A stretch of 64,000 nt of DNA from Takakia lepidozioides (lineage: Eukaryota; Plantae; Bryophyta), in NCBI GenBank assembly GCA_030704615.1, contig CM060731.1:92814001-92878000 (forward strand), given 5' to 3'. Each line of letters begins with the position of its first letter. Positions within the stretch are counted from its first letter, which is position 1. A model generated the notes under the pieces. That model was not told where the DNA came from. It worked only from the letters and a program-made list of their open reading frames with translations, and ran no database searches. The translations under genes were made by a program, and so were the position numbers. This document shows positions 49,245 through 62,422 of this stretch, piece by piece.

Positions 49245-52200
49245 ATGGGGTCGGGCAAGCCGAAGCGAAAGCGGAACGGCCCAAAAGACGATGATCCTGG
49301 TGAGCCCGATGGGGGCGACGTGTCACCGAGGCGGCCGTTTGAGGAAGCGATGAATGTTCCAAAAAATGAGGCCGCTCAAGCGGGAGGAATCCGAGGAGTC
49401 GGAGCCCGAGGAATCCTTGAGAGCTCCGACAAACCAAGAGATGCCTCCCATGCCGGCAGCCTTTTGGGAGGGTTGTTGGCGCAGTTTGGCGGGACGTTGA
49501 AAGACGTGTTGAAGTGGCTAATGTCACTCCACTAAGGCAAAGTTTAAGGTGAAGCCTAAGGAACCCGGCACCTTCGAGGGCGTTCAAAATCGGAAGGCAC
49601 TCAACACCCTGGCTCCTGGAGCTAGAGCAGTACTTCCGGGCGGCTAAGTTGAGTGACGAGGATCGGGTGGAAGTGGCTCCCACCTATTTGAGGGGCTATG
49701 CTCAACAATGGTGGCAGAACACCTTCACGACCGAGGCCCAAGCCCGGAAACCTTGAACTGGAGTGGGTTCAAGGAATTGATGAAGAGACAGTTTGTGCCC
49801 CTCAACGCATCCTGGCTTGCCCGGGACAAGATGAGGAATTTGAAGCAAACAGATGACATTCGGGGGTATGTCCAGGCTTTCAATGTGCTGTTGCTCGAAG
49901 TCGCGGACATGGCAGAACCAGAAATGGTCTTCAACTTTGTGGCGGGACTGGCCCCATGGGCCAGGCGGAAGTTGGAGGAGAAGCCACCCAAGACTTTGAA
50001 CGAGGCAATTGAGAGGGCTGAATGTTTCTCGGATGTCCCTAGGGGTGAAAGACAAGGCCGTACGGAGCTGAACCACAAGAAGACCCGGCGGGAAGGTGAC
50101 TCCTTCCGACCGGAAAAGAAGTGGGATAGGCCACGCGGCGACAATGGCACGTGGAAATCAAAGGGAGGGCCTTCACACGTCAAGGCGGCACCCGGTGCTT
50201 CGAAAGGAAAAGCGGGTGGAGCGGCTTATGGCGGACAGAAGGCAACCTTTGATGGAGTGTGTTTCAATTGCGGGGAGCCCGGGCACATGGCCAAGAAGTG
50301 CACAAAACCTCGACAATTGAACATGGCTCGGGCAACCACGGAGCTGTCGGAAGATACCATCAGTCGCTTGGTGGAAGCGGTGGTCGCCAGGACTTGCAAG
50401 GTAGGCAACTATTCTTGTGAGTTGTATCAGGAAACTGGCGCCCTGCGTAAAGGGAGTCAGTTATTGTTCGTGGATGGGATAATATCCGGAACTAACGTGT
50501 CGTTGTTGGTGGACACAGGAGCGTCGCACTCCTTGACGCCGGCAGCGGCGCAAAAGTTGGGACTCCCGACAAGTGACGTGGGGGCCTCTATTGAGGTGCA
50601 CTCTGCCAAAGGAGAACCTCAGTTGGCGACAAGGTTGGCGTTTAATGTTCCTCGTCAACTGGGGAGTTGGGAGGGACGTGAGAACTTCACCATCTGCAAG
50701 ATCGATGGAGTGAATCTCATTTTGGGGATGACCTTTTTGAGCAAATCCGGAGCGGTCATAGACGGCCGCAAGAGAGTAGTCACGCTGCCATGTGGGAATG
50801 GTGGCGAGGTTTTACGAGTGTCGGAAACGCCCAAATCCATGGGAGGGCGAATAAACCTTCTGTCAGCAAAGGAGTGGGCCGTGGAGGAGGCACACGAGTC
50901 CCAGTTTTTGCTTTACATTAGAGAAGTGAAAAGAGAAGGCAATGGGGAGCCGAGACCAGATTGGATCAAGGGGATTTTGGAGAAATACCAAGATGTGATG
51001 CCGGAGGATTTACCAAGCGGCTTGCCACCGCGAAGAGGAGTTGACCACAAGATTGAGGTGATACCGGGATCGGAACCGCCTGCCAAGGCGCCCTACCGGT
51101 TGAGCCACAGAGAGTTGGTCGAGCTGAAGACTCAGCTCAAGGATCTAATGTCAAAGGGGTACCCGGCCGAGTAAGTCACCTTACGGAGCCCCGGTGCTAT
51201 TCGCAGACAAGAAGGATGGGACGCTGCGGATGTGTGTCGATTACAGGGCTTTGAATAAGGTGACTATTAAAAACCGGTACCCTTTGCCAAGGATCGACGA
51301 CCTTTTCAACCGGTTGGCAGGAGCGAAGTATTTCAGCCGGATCGACTTGCGCTCCGGCTATCATCAAATTCGGGTGGCGGAAGGAGATGAGGAGAAGACC
51401 GTGTGCAGGACAAGGTATGGTTCATATGAGTTCTTGGTGATGCCTTTTGGGCTCACTAATGCACCGGCGACCTTTAGCACGCTGATGAACAGCCTTTTTC
51501 AGGAGTGGTTGGATGACTTTGTGATCGTGTACATCGACGACATCTTGGTGTACTCGAAAACAAAGGAGGAACACCTGGAGCACCTCAAAAGGGTGTTCCA
51601 AAAGTTGCGGGAAGGGAAGCTGTACGCCAAAGCTTCAAATGCGAATTCGGGGTCACGAAAGTGGAGTTCTTGGGGCATGTGATTATACAGGATGGGATCA
51701 AAATGGATGACAGAAAGGTGAGGGCGATCTTGGACTGGGAGCCTCCGACTTCGGTCCCGGGAGTGCGATCCTTCCTAGGACTCGCCTCCTATTACCGAAA
51801 GTATGTGAGAAATTTCGCCAAGATCGCGGGGCCGCTGTCGGACCTTCTGTGTAAATCCAAAGTCTGGGTATGGAACACATTTTGTGGCCAAGCTTTTGCT
51901 GAATTGAAGCAGCGGATGGCGGAAGCTCTTGTCTGGAAAATCCCGGAGTTCGATCGTCCATTTGAGATTCATACAGATGCGTCGGACTTCGCGATTGGGG
52001 GTGTACTTATGCAAGATGAACGTCCAGTGGCTTACGAAAGTAAGAAACTGAATGAAGTGGAGCGACGGTGGCCGACGCACGAAAAAAAGATGAAGGCGGT
52101 GGTGCACTGTCTTGAGCTTTGGCGCCACTATGTTGGTTCCAACCCAGTGAAGGTGTTCACGGACAATGTCACGGTGAAGTATTTTGCCACGCAGCCCAAG

Positions 52201-52290
52201 TTGTCCCCAAAACAACTTAGGTGGCAAGATACTTTGGCGGTGTTCGATGTGGATATCCAGTACAAACCGGGACGAGACAACGTGGTGTAG
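49245..52290 (+). pseudogene. gag-pol: gag-pol of a chromovirus-type Gypsy (gag, Zn knuckle, protease, RT, RNase H); frameshifted and truncated before integrase
   Basis: CFNCGEPGHMAKKC; LLVDTGASH; [28 protein letters not shown]; [10 protein letters not shown]; HTDASDFAIGGVL. Confidence 0.93.
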
Positions 52291-54140
52291 CTTGACCAAG
52301 CTACAATAGAAATAAACAGTCAAACGGAAAGATGTACGAAGGCAGAGGCAGAGAATGTTGAGCAAGTGAAACTCATTGTCGATATGAAGAATACAATCTG
52401 TCGCAATGAGAATACTTTCAAGCAATACAGGCAGGTTGAAGCTGACCAAGAGAGGTACATCCTGGAGTTGCAACAAACGCTCATGATAAATATAAATGAA
52501 CTCTCTGTGGCTAACAAGGCTTGGAAGGAAGCCAATAATCTGGCTGCTGCCTATGCGAGTTTGGTTGAACCTCATGCGAAGCGCATGGAGGCTTTACAGC
52601 GGCAGATAGATGTGTACAGGCTCACAAAGGAGCAGACTCTCAGGGGTGCCACAAGCAACTTGGTGGATAACCACCTTATGCAGGTCTGGTTAGCACAAGG
52701 GCCGGTGGAGGGCAAAGCACCATGAAAGCTCACCCAAAGCGAGATGAATGAGCTCAGACTGCAAGTGCAGAATATTGCCACAACTACTATAGATAATGTC
52801 TATAGTAGGATAGCGGAGTTACAGGAGGATGTAGACGGCCTGCAGACTCAAGTGGAGGACCTCACTTCAAATATCGACAAGAGAGTCTGTGTACCTGAGG
52901 AACAGCTGATGGCTTCTTATTTATAAGCGAGAACTTTGGCTTTTCAGTCTTCTTCGCAGGGGGTACAGGAGATGCCAATGGTACAAGAGCCACTGCCACC
53001 AACACCACAACAAGTCACTGTGCCAGTAGCTGACCCTGTTGTTACTACAACCACACCACGGCTACCACAGCCTGAGGTATGGGGAATGCTGCTTTTAACC
53101 CACCTAAAACTCCAGCTGCACGGGAGTACAGTCGGGCTATGATTATGCCCTTCAACCAAATTCCCATTGTGTTGGATTTGGCTTGGAAGGAATTTAGTCC
53201 TCCGCAGTCATTGGCACATTACTATCAAATCATGCGCATTTGGCTGCCAATGGCAACTAGGACTAAAGTTCTTCCGAACAATCGACCAATTGAGGATCAT
53301 CACTTTGCGCAGTACTGGCATGAGGCAAGTACCATGTTGAAGGAATTAATTGCCTTCCAAGTTGTACATGGATTCATTTATACCAAGACCAAAGAGGTAG
53401 CAAGTATTGTCATGGGCTGCGGGTTATACTACGCTGCTTGTTTTCTGGTACGTTATCACATTGAGCAGCAGAAGATGCAAACGCGCTTTCTGAGTTATTC
53501 CAGTGGGGATCATTGGGTCTTACCTTCAGTGCCACCTCATATGTACCTATATGAGGCAAAAGTTATAATGCAAAAGGATTCTCAGATTCGTTCATGGTTT
53601 CATGCGGCCTGGAACAATTTGTCAACACAGAAATTCGGCCCTGACGATATTTTCTTTAAGGGACATGAGGCATGGAAATACTTGCACAATTCACAAGTCA
53701 TTGGTACCCCACTCACCTGGACAGACAAGGAGCTCGGGGTCTTCACCAATTTCGCAATTCAACGCTTACAACAAGTTTTACAGTTTAAACTTCCAGACAT
53801 GGTGGGACAACATTGTATGCCCCAGAGAATTCCAGTTAGAGTTCGACAGTTAAAACACCTCAGGGGGGACGACGATTCTGATACTACTGTTTCTTCAGCG
53901 GACTCTTTTGACATGGCAGAGGACTATGCAATTCAGATGGCAGAGAAGAAGCAACGGGGGTCTCCTATGCCTGAAAGATTACCTCGATATCAGCCTCTAG
54001 AGGGACTGACATATCCAGGTAATGTTCAATCATCTCCCTCAACCAGTGACAGGACACGGGCTCGCACACGGAGTCCTTCACGAGACTCTAACCGTCAGAA
54101 GGGTGCTCGCTCACAAAGGGTTACAAATCCCAAACAATAA
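52291..54140 (+). pseudogene. 3' extra ORF (C-terminal two thirds) of the Tat/Ogre-like family
   Basis: Homologous to 57541-59230 on the minus strand, and in sense orientation directly upstream of the PPT and LTR. Confidence 0.8.
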
Positions 54141-54161
54141 ACCGTGAGGACACGGCTTTTT

Positions 54162-54175
54162 GAGAGGAGAAGGGG
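54162..54175 (+). promoter_or_regulatory. Polypurine tract
   Basis: GAGAGGAGAAGGGG lies 3 nt before the LTR; an equivalent is at 62405-62418. Confidence 0.88.
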
Positions 54176-54178
54176 TAA

Positions 54179-55085
54179 TGTTAGAGGACTGTCTGGGACT
54201 TAGGCACTTTTACGGGATCTATGGGGTACCCTTAATTTTTGCACAGACTGAGACCAACATGAGCCTTAGGGGTGACAGCAGCGCACTTTAGGGGGGGGTT
54301 ACACAGCCCGTCACAGTCCAACACAGCCCGTCACAGTCCGACACAGCCGACACAGCCGCCACAGCCAGACACAGCCGTCACAGTTCGATACAGCCCGACA
54401 CAGCCCAACACAGTCGCACAGCCAGTCACAGTTTCACACAGCCAGTCACAGCTTGACACAGCTGTCACGACCATAGGGAACGGATAGCAGGACAGGGAAC
54501 GACTGTGGGAAACAACATCTGCGAATGGAACATGTTAGTTCACGGATGACGGTTAGTGAGGGAAACGGTTAGAACCACGGAAAGGAAGATAAAGCGAGGA
54601 GCGGGGACTGGAGGAGGATCACTTCGGGGGGGATCAGAACTTGGAAATGAAGCGGAGAGCGCATCAAGAGGGAGAGCACGGAGTAGGAGGAAAACGATCT
54701 GTTGATACTGGCTGAATGCAAGAAGTAGAGTTGTAATGTAGAGCAGAATAGAGACACCATGGCTTCAGCCTGATACTTGATAGATATTAATCTGATACAT
54801 ACTTCATACTCACACTGTGTAGAGAGACCTGAGTGAAGCTGTGGAATGACTGGATGGAACTTGATAGATTTATGAAGCAAACTGATACTTAATTGCAGAT
54901 AGTAAGGTAACTCGCTAACATGAATGCGGGAAAGAGTACAAATAGGAAACACCCCCATGATACACTAGCTGTAGGTCAAGACTGATTGTTCTGAGCAGGC
55001 TGAGTGCTTAGAGATTTCCAACTCTTCTATCTTGGAGTTCCCACCTCGGATAGCGAAGGGATGGGTGAGTAAAAGCCGCGCGACA
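54179..55085 (+). repeat. 3' LTR (TG...CA) with CACAG-rich internal array
   Basis: TGTTAGAGGACTGTCTGGGAC...AAAAGCCGCGCGACA. Confidence 0.92.
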
Positions 55086-55324
55086 ATTCCCTTAATCTTT
55101 CTTGCAAAGAAAAAGAATGAGTGGTATCCAAGAAGGAGTGGCTTCCGGTATGGGTGATGTACTCTCTGATCTTAATGGTGTGAGAGGTCCAGATGATTCC
55201 CCTATGTCTATTCCTCTCTCCCAAAGATATGGATAATTAGCTTTCAGATAACTTTCTCTTTTTGCTGAATATCTCTGGAGTCTAGCTTCTCTTTCATCAC
55301 TCATGTCCCATGTCTTTCATTTCT

Positions 55325-56020
55325 TTAATGTGGCAATAACCAAAACTCTCTTCTGTAGTATCTCTCGTATATGCCTGGGTTTCTTTCAAGCTTCAATGCA
55401 CCCTTGGCTATACTAGAAGTCTCCGTTACCATATAATCATATGGCAAACAAGTCTGGAAAGCTGTTCTTGGTGTGAGTTTGATCCACAGAATATCCTTTG
55501 GAATCCAATTCTTTACCAGAACAAGCTCCTCATGCATATGAGTATAAACATTCACCTTCCTTTCCTCCCAGCCTTCAAACTCTACTCGCTTAATGGATAG
55601 CAATGCTATCACATAAGCCAGTGTTGGTAACCAACGTGCTCTTCCTCTACAGGCCACCTGATAAATCTTTATCACTCCTTTCTCCAGACCCCACTCAGGG
55701 TCAGCATCATGCACTCTCTTAAGAATGTTTTCTTTATAACCGTCTGGCAATTCCAAGAACCTCTGAAAGAATTGTTTGGACAATCTTTCCTTCTCAGTTT
55801 CACAGGGAATTTGATTCACATCAAATTCTTTAATTCTCCAACCACCATGATCCCACCAGATGCCTGTCACATCTGGCTGTTCATGACTCAGTTCCCCAGT
55901 ATGGTCGCCAAATGTCGAGCGGCTTTTACTCACCCATCCCTTCGTTATCCGAGGTGGAAACTCCAAGATAGAAGAGTTGGATATTTCTAAGCACTCAGCC
56001 CGCTCAGTACAATCAGTCAT
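55325..56020 (-). CDS. 5' extra ORF (ORF0, 231 aa, unknown function) starting inside the LTR and crossing the PBS
   Basis: The frame is open, and differences from the copy at 12172-12868 are mostly synonymous. Confidence 0.6.
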   Translation of the reverse strand: MTDCTERAECLEISNSSILEFPPRITKGWVSKSRSTFGDHTGELSHEQPDVTGIWWDHGGWRIKEFDVNQIPCETEKERLSKQFFQRFLELPDGYKENILKRVHDADPEWGLEKGVIKIYQVACRGRARWLPTLAYVIALLSIKRVEFEGWEERKVNVYTHMHEELVLVKNWIPKDILWIKLTPRTAFQTCLPYDYMVTETSSIAKGALKLERNPGIYERYYRREFWLLPH

Positions 56021-56860
56021 GACCTACAGCTAGTGAATCATGGTTGTGCTTCCCATTTGTATTCTTTCTTGCCTTCATGTTATCAATTCACCGTATCTGA
56101 TACTGAAGCATCATATTGCTTCAGTATCTACTTAATTCCAATTAATCATGCATTCATTTCACAGCTTCACCCATGTCTCTCTACACAGTGTGCTTGTATC
56201 GAATAAGTATCAAATTATGATTTATCAGGTATCAGGCCAATGCCATGGTGACTCTAATCTGCCCTACAGTTTCACTACAGCTTTGCATGTAACAAGCATC
56301 TACTGTTCATCTCTCCTCCTTCTCCGTGCTCTCGTTCTTGCTCTCCGCCTGATCTCCTCTCATACATGACCCAGAAGCGCTCCCCGTGAAGTGTGTCCCC
56401 TTCTTTCCGTTGCCCCTCTCCTTATCTGCCCGCAAGCTGTTCTAACCACCTAACTAATTAACCGTCATCCCTGAAGTAACACGTTCCTTCTGCAGATGTC
56501 GTTCCCTCACAGTCGTTCCCTGCCAATGATAACTGTTCCCCATGTACTGTGACAGGTTGTGTCAAGCTGTGCCGAGATGTGACTGGCTGTGTAAGGCTGT
56601 GTCGGACTGTGTCGGGCTGTGACTGGCTGTGTTGGGCTGTGTCGGGCTCTGTTGGCTGTGACGGGCTGTGCAAAACTGTGGCGGCTGTGACTCGCTGTGA
56701 CGGGCTGTGCGAAGCTATGTCGGGCTGTGACGGGCTGTGTAACCCCCCTAAAGCCTGCTGCTGCCACCCCTAAGGCTCCTGTTGGTCTCAGTTTGCGCAA
56801 AAACTAAGGGTACCCTACAGAACCCGTAAAAGCGTCTAAGTCCCAAGCAGCCCTCTAACA
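55913..56860 (-). repeat. 5' LTR of an inverted copy of the same family, inserted in pol
   Basis: Reverse complement TGTTAGAGGGCTGC...GCCGCTCGACA with PBS at 55893-55910, flanked by RNase H coding sequence at 56861. Confidence 0.92.
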
Positions 56861-57540
56861 ATTACCTATTGGGAAGAAAGTTTATGTTTTATGTGGATCA
56901 CCAGGCTCTGATATATCTGGTGAACAAACCTTTGATAAGTAGAAGGATAGCAAGGTGGTTAGTAATCTTGCACGAGTTTGAGTTCGAAGTTGTTTACAAG
57001 CCTGGCCGTTTGCATCTTGTGGCAGATCACTTGTCACGCCTATCAACAGGAGAGCCCGCCACAGGAGTAGACAACCAATTACCTGATGCGAGTTTATTTG
57101 TGGTGGAGGTGCAGGGAAGTGCAGTTGACTGGTTAGATTGGCAGTGGCCAATCAGATACTACCTTACTCATGGTCAGTGCCCACCTAGTTATGGAAAGGA
57201 GCAGAGGAAGAGAATCGCTATCAAGGCCTTACCTTATACTATGGTAGGGGGCAGAATGTATAAGCTAGGACCTGATGGAGTACTTAAACGATGCTTGTAC
57301 CACCATGAAGTAAATAAAGTTTTGGAGGAAGTTCATAAAGGAGTGGCTGGAGGTCATTTTGGAGAAGAGACTACCAGTAGAAAGATACTACTTGCAAGTT
57401 ACTGGTGGCCTACTTTGTTCAAGGATGTACACAAGTATTGTCAGAATTGTGATGAGTGTTAGAGGCTAGGACCATTGCAGAGATCTGGGAAGATGGCTTT
57501 GCATCCTACGATGCCTACTGAACCATTTCAGAAATGGGGA
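56861..57540 (+). pseudogene. pol: pol fragment (RNase H end to integrase Zn finger)
   Basis: YLLGRKFMFYVDHQAL...VHKGVAGGHFG...CQNCDEC, near-identical to 16435-17100. Confidence 0.9.
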
Positions 57541-60500
57541 CCAGACTTTGATAACGAGGTAATCGCTCAGGCATAGGAGATCCCCGTCGTTTCTTCTCTG
57601 CCATCTGAAGTGCATAGTCCTCTGCCATGTCAAAAGAGTCCTCTGAAGAAACAGTAGTATCAGAATCCTCGTCTCCCCTTAGGTGTTTTAACGACTGAAC
57701 TTTAAGTGGAATCCTGTGTGGCATACAATGTGATCCCACCATGTCTGGAAGTTTAAACTGTACAACTTGTTGTAAGCGCTTGCAAGCAAAATTAGTGAAC
57801 GTCCTGAACTCCTTATCCGTATAGGTAAGAGGTGTGCCAATGACTTTGGAACAGTGTAAGTATTTCCAGGCTTCATGTCCCTTAAAGAAAATATCCTCAG
57901 GGCCGAATTTCTGTGTTGTCAAATTGTTCCAAGCCGAATGAAACCATGAACGAAGTTGGGAATCCTTCTGCATCATAACTTTTGCATCATATAGGTACAT
58001 ATGAGGTGGCATTGAAGGTAAGACCCAATGATCCCCACTGGAATAACTCAAAAATCGGGATTGCATCCTCTGCTGCTCAATGTGATAACGTGCCAGAAAA
58101 CAAGCAGCATAGTATAATCCATAGCCCATGACAATACTAGATACCTCCTTGGTCTTGGTATAGATGTACCCATGTACAACCTGGAAGGCAATTAATTCCT
58201 TCATCATGGTACCTGCCTCTGACCAGTACCTCGCAAAGTGATGATCCTCAATGGGTCGATTGTTCGGAAGAACCTTAGTCCGAGTTGCTACCGGCAACCA
58301 AATGCGCAGGATTTGGTAGTAATGTGCCAACGACTGCGGAGGACTAAATTCCTTCCAAGCCAAATCCAACACAAGGGGAATTTGGTTGAAGTGCATAATC
58401 ATAGCCTGACTGTACTCCTGTGCAGCAGGAGTCTTAGGGGGGTTAAAAGCAGCATCCCCCCATACCTCAGGCTGTGGTGTGGCTGTAGTAACAACAGGGT
58501 CAGCTACCTGCACAGCCACTTGCTGTGGTATTGGTACCACTGGCCCTTCTACCACTGGCATCTCCTGCACCCCCTGCGAAGAAGACTGAAAAATTAGAGT
58601 CCTGGCATGTAAATAAGTAGCCATCAGCTGCTCCTCAGGTACAAAGACTCTCTTGTCAATATTTGAACTCAGGTCATCCACCTGAGTCTGCAGGCCTTCT
58701 ACATCCTCCTGTAGCTCCGCTATTCTACTATAGACATTGTCTATAGTAGTTGTGGCAATGTTCTGCACCTGCAGTCTGAGCTCATTCATCTCGCCCTGGG
58801 TGAGCTTCTGTGGTGCTTTGCCTTCCACCGGCCCTTGTGCTAACCAGACCTGCATAAGGTGGTTATCCACCAAGTCGTGTGTGGCACCCCTGAGAGTCTG
58901 CTCCTCTGTGAGCCTGTACACATCTAACTGCTGCTGTAAAGCCTCCATGCGCTTCGCATGAGGTTCAACCAAACTCGCATAGGCAGCAGCCAGATTATTG
59001 GCTTCCTTCCAAGCCTTGTTAGCCACAGAGAGTTCATTTCTATTGACCATGACTGTTTGTTGCAACTCCAGGATGTATCTCTCTTGGTCAGCCTCAACCT
59101 GTCTGTATTGCTTGAAAGTATTCTCATTGCGACAGATTGTATTCTTCATATCAACAATGAGTTTTGCCTGCTCGATTATCTCCGCCTCTGCCTTCATACA
59201 TCTCTCCCCTTGTCTGTTAACTTCTAATGCAGTTTGCTCAAGAGTAGTTGTGAGTGTAGCACATTGTATGGTCATCCTCTCATGTACTGCCTGCAACTCT
59301 GTATGTAGTACATTCACTTCTTGCAACTTGCCCTCATGCTTCACTTGCAATTGGTATAACTGTTGCTTATGTGCTTCATGCAACTGGTCCTGCTCGAGGC
59401 CTGCTTCAATCAAATGTCCATTGGCCAACTGCAAAGCAGCCTTTGTGTCCTCCAACTCTTGCTGTAACTTGAGATTGACCTCCTCATCTACCTTGTTAGC
59501 ACACTCAGTGGCAATTCAAGCCTCAAACTCCTTCCTGAGTTCCTCCCTCAAAGCTGCCAATTGGATAGATGGAACATGGGATTTCACGTAAGTGCCCAAC
59601 AAATTAAGTGTCATGTTTATGGAATTCATAAGCATGGCCTGCTGAGGGTCATCATGGTGAACTTGCTGCTATTCTCCCTGATCCTCCACAGTGTGATGCC
59701 TCACCAACCATTCATGCCATTGCCCCACCAGATTCTCTTCCTGAACCACCTCAACCTCCACAGGTGCTGCAGTGTCCTGATATTCTACTCCTGGTACCTC
59801 CGTCACAGGTGTGGGTATTACATGCACAACAGGGTTTTCCCTGGACAACCGCTGCACCTCTGGAACCACTGATTCCCTTACCAAGCCAGAGTTTTCATAG
59901 AGAAGGTCACCCTTCTCAATTTTGGCCACGACCTGCTCTGTAGTGGGAATGTCCAACCTTTCTCCGTCCAGAGCAATTGGGGGTGGTGTCACAGCATATT
60001 GTAACTGTGGAACCTCTAAGACAACTAAGACAACTGGCTGTGGTGGCTTTGGTATCAAAGTGACTTCCTCTTCCCTCTCCGAAGGCCGTGCTTCCAATAA
60101 TAACAGTCCCCTGTGTTGCTGTGCCCCATCCTGCACAAGAGCTTGGGAAACATCATCTTGTGGTTTCCGTGAAGCCAGTGGATCCGCCACTACAGTCATA
60201 CCCCGCTTCTGTCTCTTAGACTGGTGTTGCCCTGCCAGTCCACCCTCACTATGTAAAGAGCCCTGCTTTTCAATTGCAGTGGTTACTGCCTCAAACACTT
60301 CCATCTCCTTACGTTCCCGAGTATCAAGTATGCAAGAGTCAAGAATGATTTGGGCAATGACTGGACTAGACACAATGATCGGAGACTTAGCAGCAGTGCC
60401 CTGTAACCACTTTATCTCGTCCACCAGACCATTGTACATTAACTCCGCCCAAGCTACATCCTCTCCCCTCAAAGCTTTCAAGATCTCCTCTGTGAATGAC

Positions 60501-60949
60501 CTGCTCAAATACCGTTGGTTCTGTTTCATGGCAAACAGAACGTTCAATATTTGGCCAACTTCTTTGAGCCCTGGGTACTCGGCTTTGGTACAAGTGTAAC
60601 CTTGAGTCTTAAAAAAACTCCTTTCTTGGAACAAATTCCCTATCTGCAATCTTGCCCTGTGTTCATCCACATCCACATGACCTGATAGCAAATCAAACAA
60701 TTGCTGCAGGTACTGGGGAGTAATTTCTATATCTACTCCCCTCACCTGGGTTACTCCCGTCTGAGGCTCAAAGTTCTGAAGAAATTGAATCATATACTGC
60801 TGATGATGCAAGGACCAGTCCTTGCGTAGCAGCCCCTCCAATCGCAACTCCCTCAGTAGCTGCACTGCCTGCGGTGTAGCAATTGTTTGCTTCTGCAGAA
60901 TCATGGTGCTCTTCACCCTGATATCCTCTATTCCCCTCACTCTCTTCAT
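57541..60949 (-). pseudogene. Long 3' extra ORF (about 1130 codons, a few in-frame stops): retrotransposon accessory-like N-domain, coiled coil, aromatic-rich C-domain
   Basis: ORFs 59669-61072 and 57515-59455 are in the same frame. IQFLQNF...VRGVDIEITPQYLQQLFDL resembles Athila/Tat accessory ORF domains, followed by a long Q/E/L heptad region. Confidence 0.75.
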
Positions 60950-61179
60950 TCTAGACAAACAAAAAGGCTTTGTTTGAAACAGCTGAAGGAAAGCTTGCAG
61001 GGCATAGAGCATGAAGGTATGGTTGGCACAGAATGGAACAGGTAAATGCGTGTAAGCCGGTGGGGCTTGCAAGTATCAAGTGAGAGAAAATGTACTCTCA
61101 ATTCATCCGTCCTTGCGCCACTGCGTGAGAAGTAAAGCGAGTGTGTAATCCTTTACATCCGCCATAGCTACAAAGCTAG

Positions 61180-62377
61180 TGCGAGTTTGGTTGAACCTCA
61201 TGCGAAGCGCATGGAGGCTTTACAGCAGCAGTTAGATGTGTACAGGCTCACAGAGGAGCAGACTCTTAGGGGTGCCATACACGACTTGGTGGATAACCAC
61301 CTTATGCAGGTCTGGTTAGCACAAGGGCCGGTGGAAGGCAAAGCACCACGGAAGCTCACCCAGGGCGAGATGAATGAGCTCAGACTGCAGGTGCAGAACA
61401 TTGCCACAACTACTATAGATAATGTCTATAGTAGAATAGCGGAGCTACAGGAGGATGTAGAAGGCCTACAGACTCAGGTGGATGACCTGAGTTCAAATAT
61501 TGACAAGAGAGTCTTTGTACCTGAGGAGCAGCTGATGGCTACTTATTTACATGCCAGAACTCTAATTTTTCAATCTTCTTCGTAAGGGGTGCAGGAGATG
61601 TCAGTGGTAGAAGGGCCAGTGGTACCAATACCACAGTAAGTGATTGTGCAGGTAACTGACCCTGTTGTTACTACAGCCACACCACAGCCTGAGGTATGGG
61701 TGGATGTTGCTTTTAACCCACCTAAGACTCCTGCTGCACGGGAGTACAGTCGGGCTATGATTATGCCCTTCAACCAAATTCCCATTGTGTTGGATTTGGC
61801 TTGGAAGGAATTTAGTCTGCCACAGTCGTTGGCTCATTACTACCAGATCATGCGCATTTGGCTGCCAGTGGCGACTAGGACTAAGGTTCTTCCGAACAAT
61901 CGACCCATTGAGGATCATCACTTTGCGAGGTACTGGTCTGAAGCAAGTACCATGTTGAAGGAATTAATTGCCTTCCAAGTTGTACATGGGTACATTTATA
62001 CCAAAACCAAGGAGGTATCAAGTATTGTCATGGGCTGTGGATTATACTATGCTGCTTGTTTTCTGGCACGTTATCACATTGAGAGGCAGAGGATGCAATC
62101 CCGATTTCTGAGTTATTCCAGTGGGGATCATTGGGTCTTACCTTCAGTGCCACCTCATATGTACCTATATGATGCAAAAGTTATGATGCAGAAGGATTCC
62201 CAACTTCGTTCATGGTTTCATTCGGCTTGGAACAATTTGACAACACAGAAATTCGGCCCTGAGGATATTTTCTTTAAGGGACATGAGGCATGGAAATACT
62301 TGCACTGTTCCCAAGTCATTGGCACACCTCTTACCTATACAGATAAGGACTTCAGGACGTTCACTAATTTTGCGTAA
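61180..62377 (+). pseudogene. Third, internally deleted copy of the 3' extra ORF
   Basis: Near-identical inverted copy of about 57785-58980, followed by PPT and LTR. Confidence 0.85.
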
Positions 62378-62422
62378 CAGTAAACCGTGAGGACACGGCT
62401 TTTTGAGAGGGGGAGGGGTAAA

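Noticed and set aside
6615-55085. Pairing the 6615 LTR with the 54179 or 62423 LTR as one intact element
   Set aside because: Flanks do not form a TSD (AGGCA versus ATTCC or AGCGT), and the LTRs are visibly diverged.
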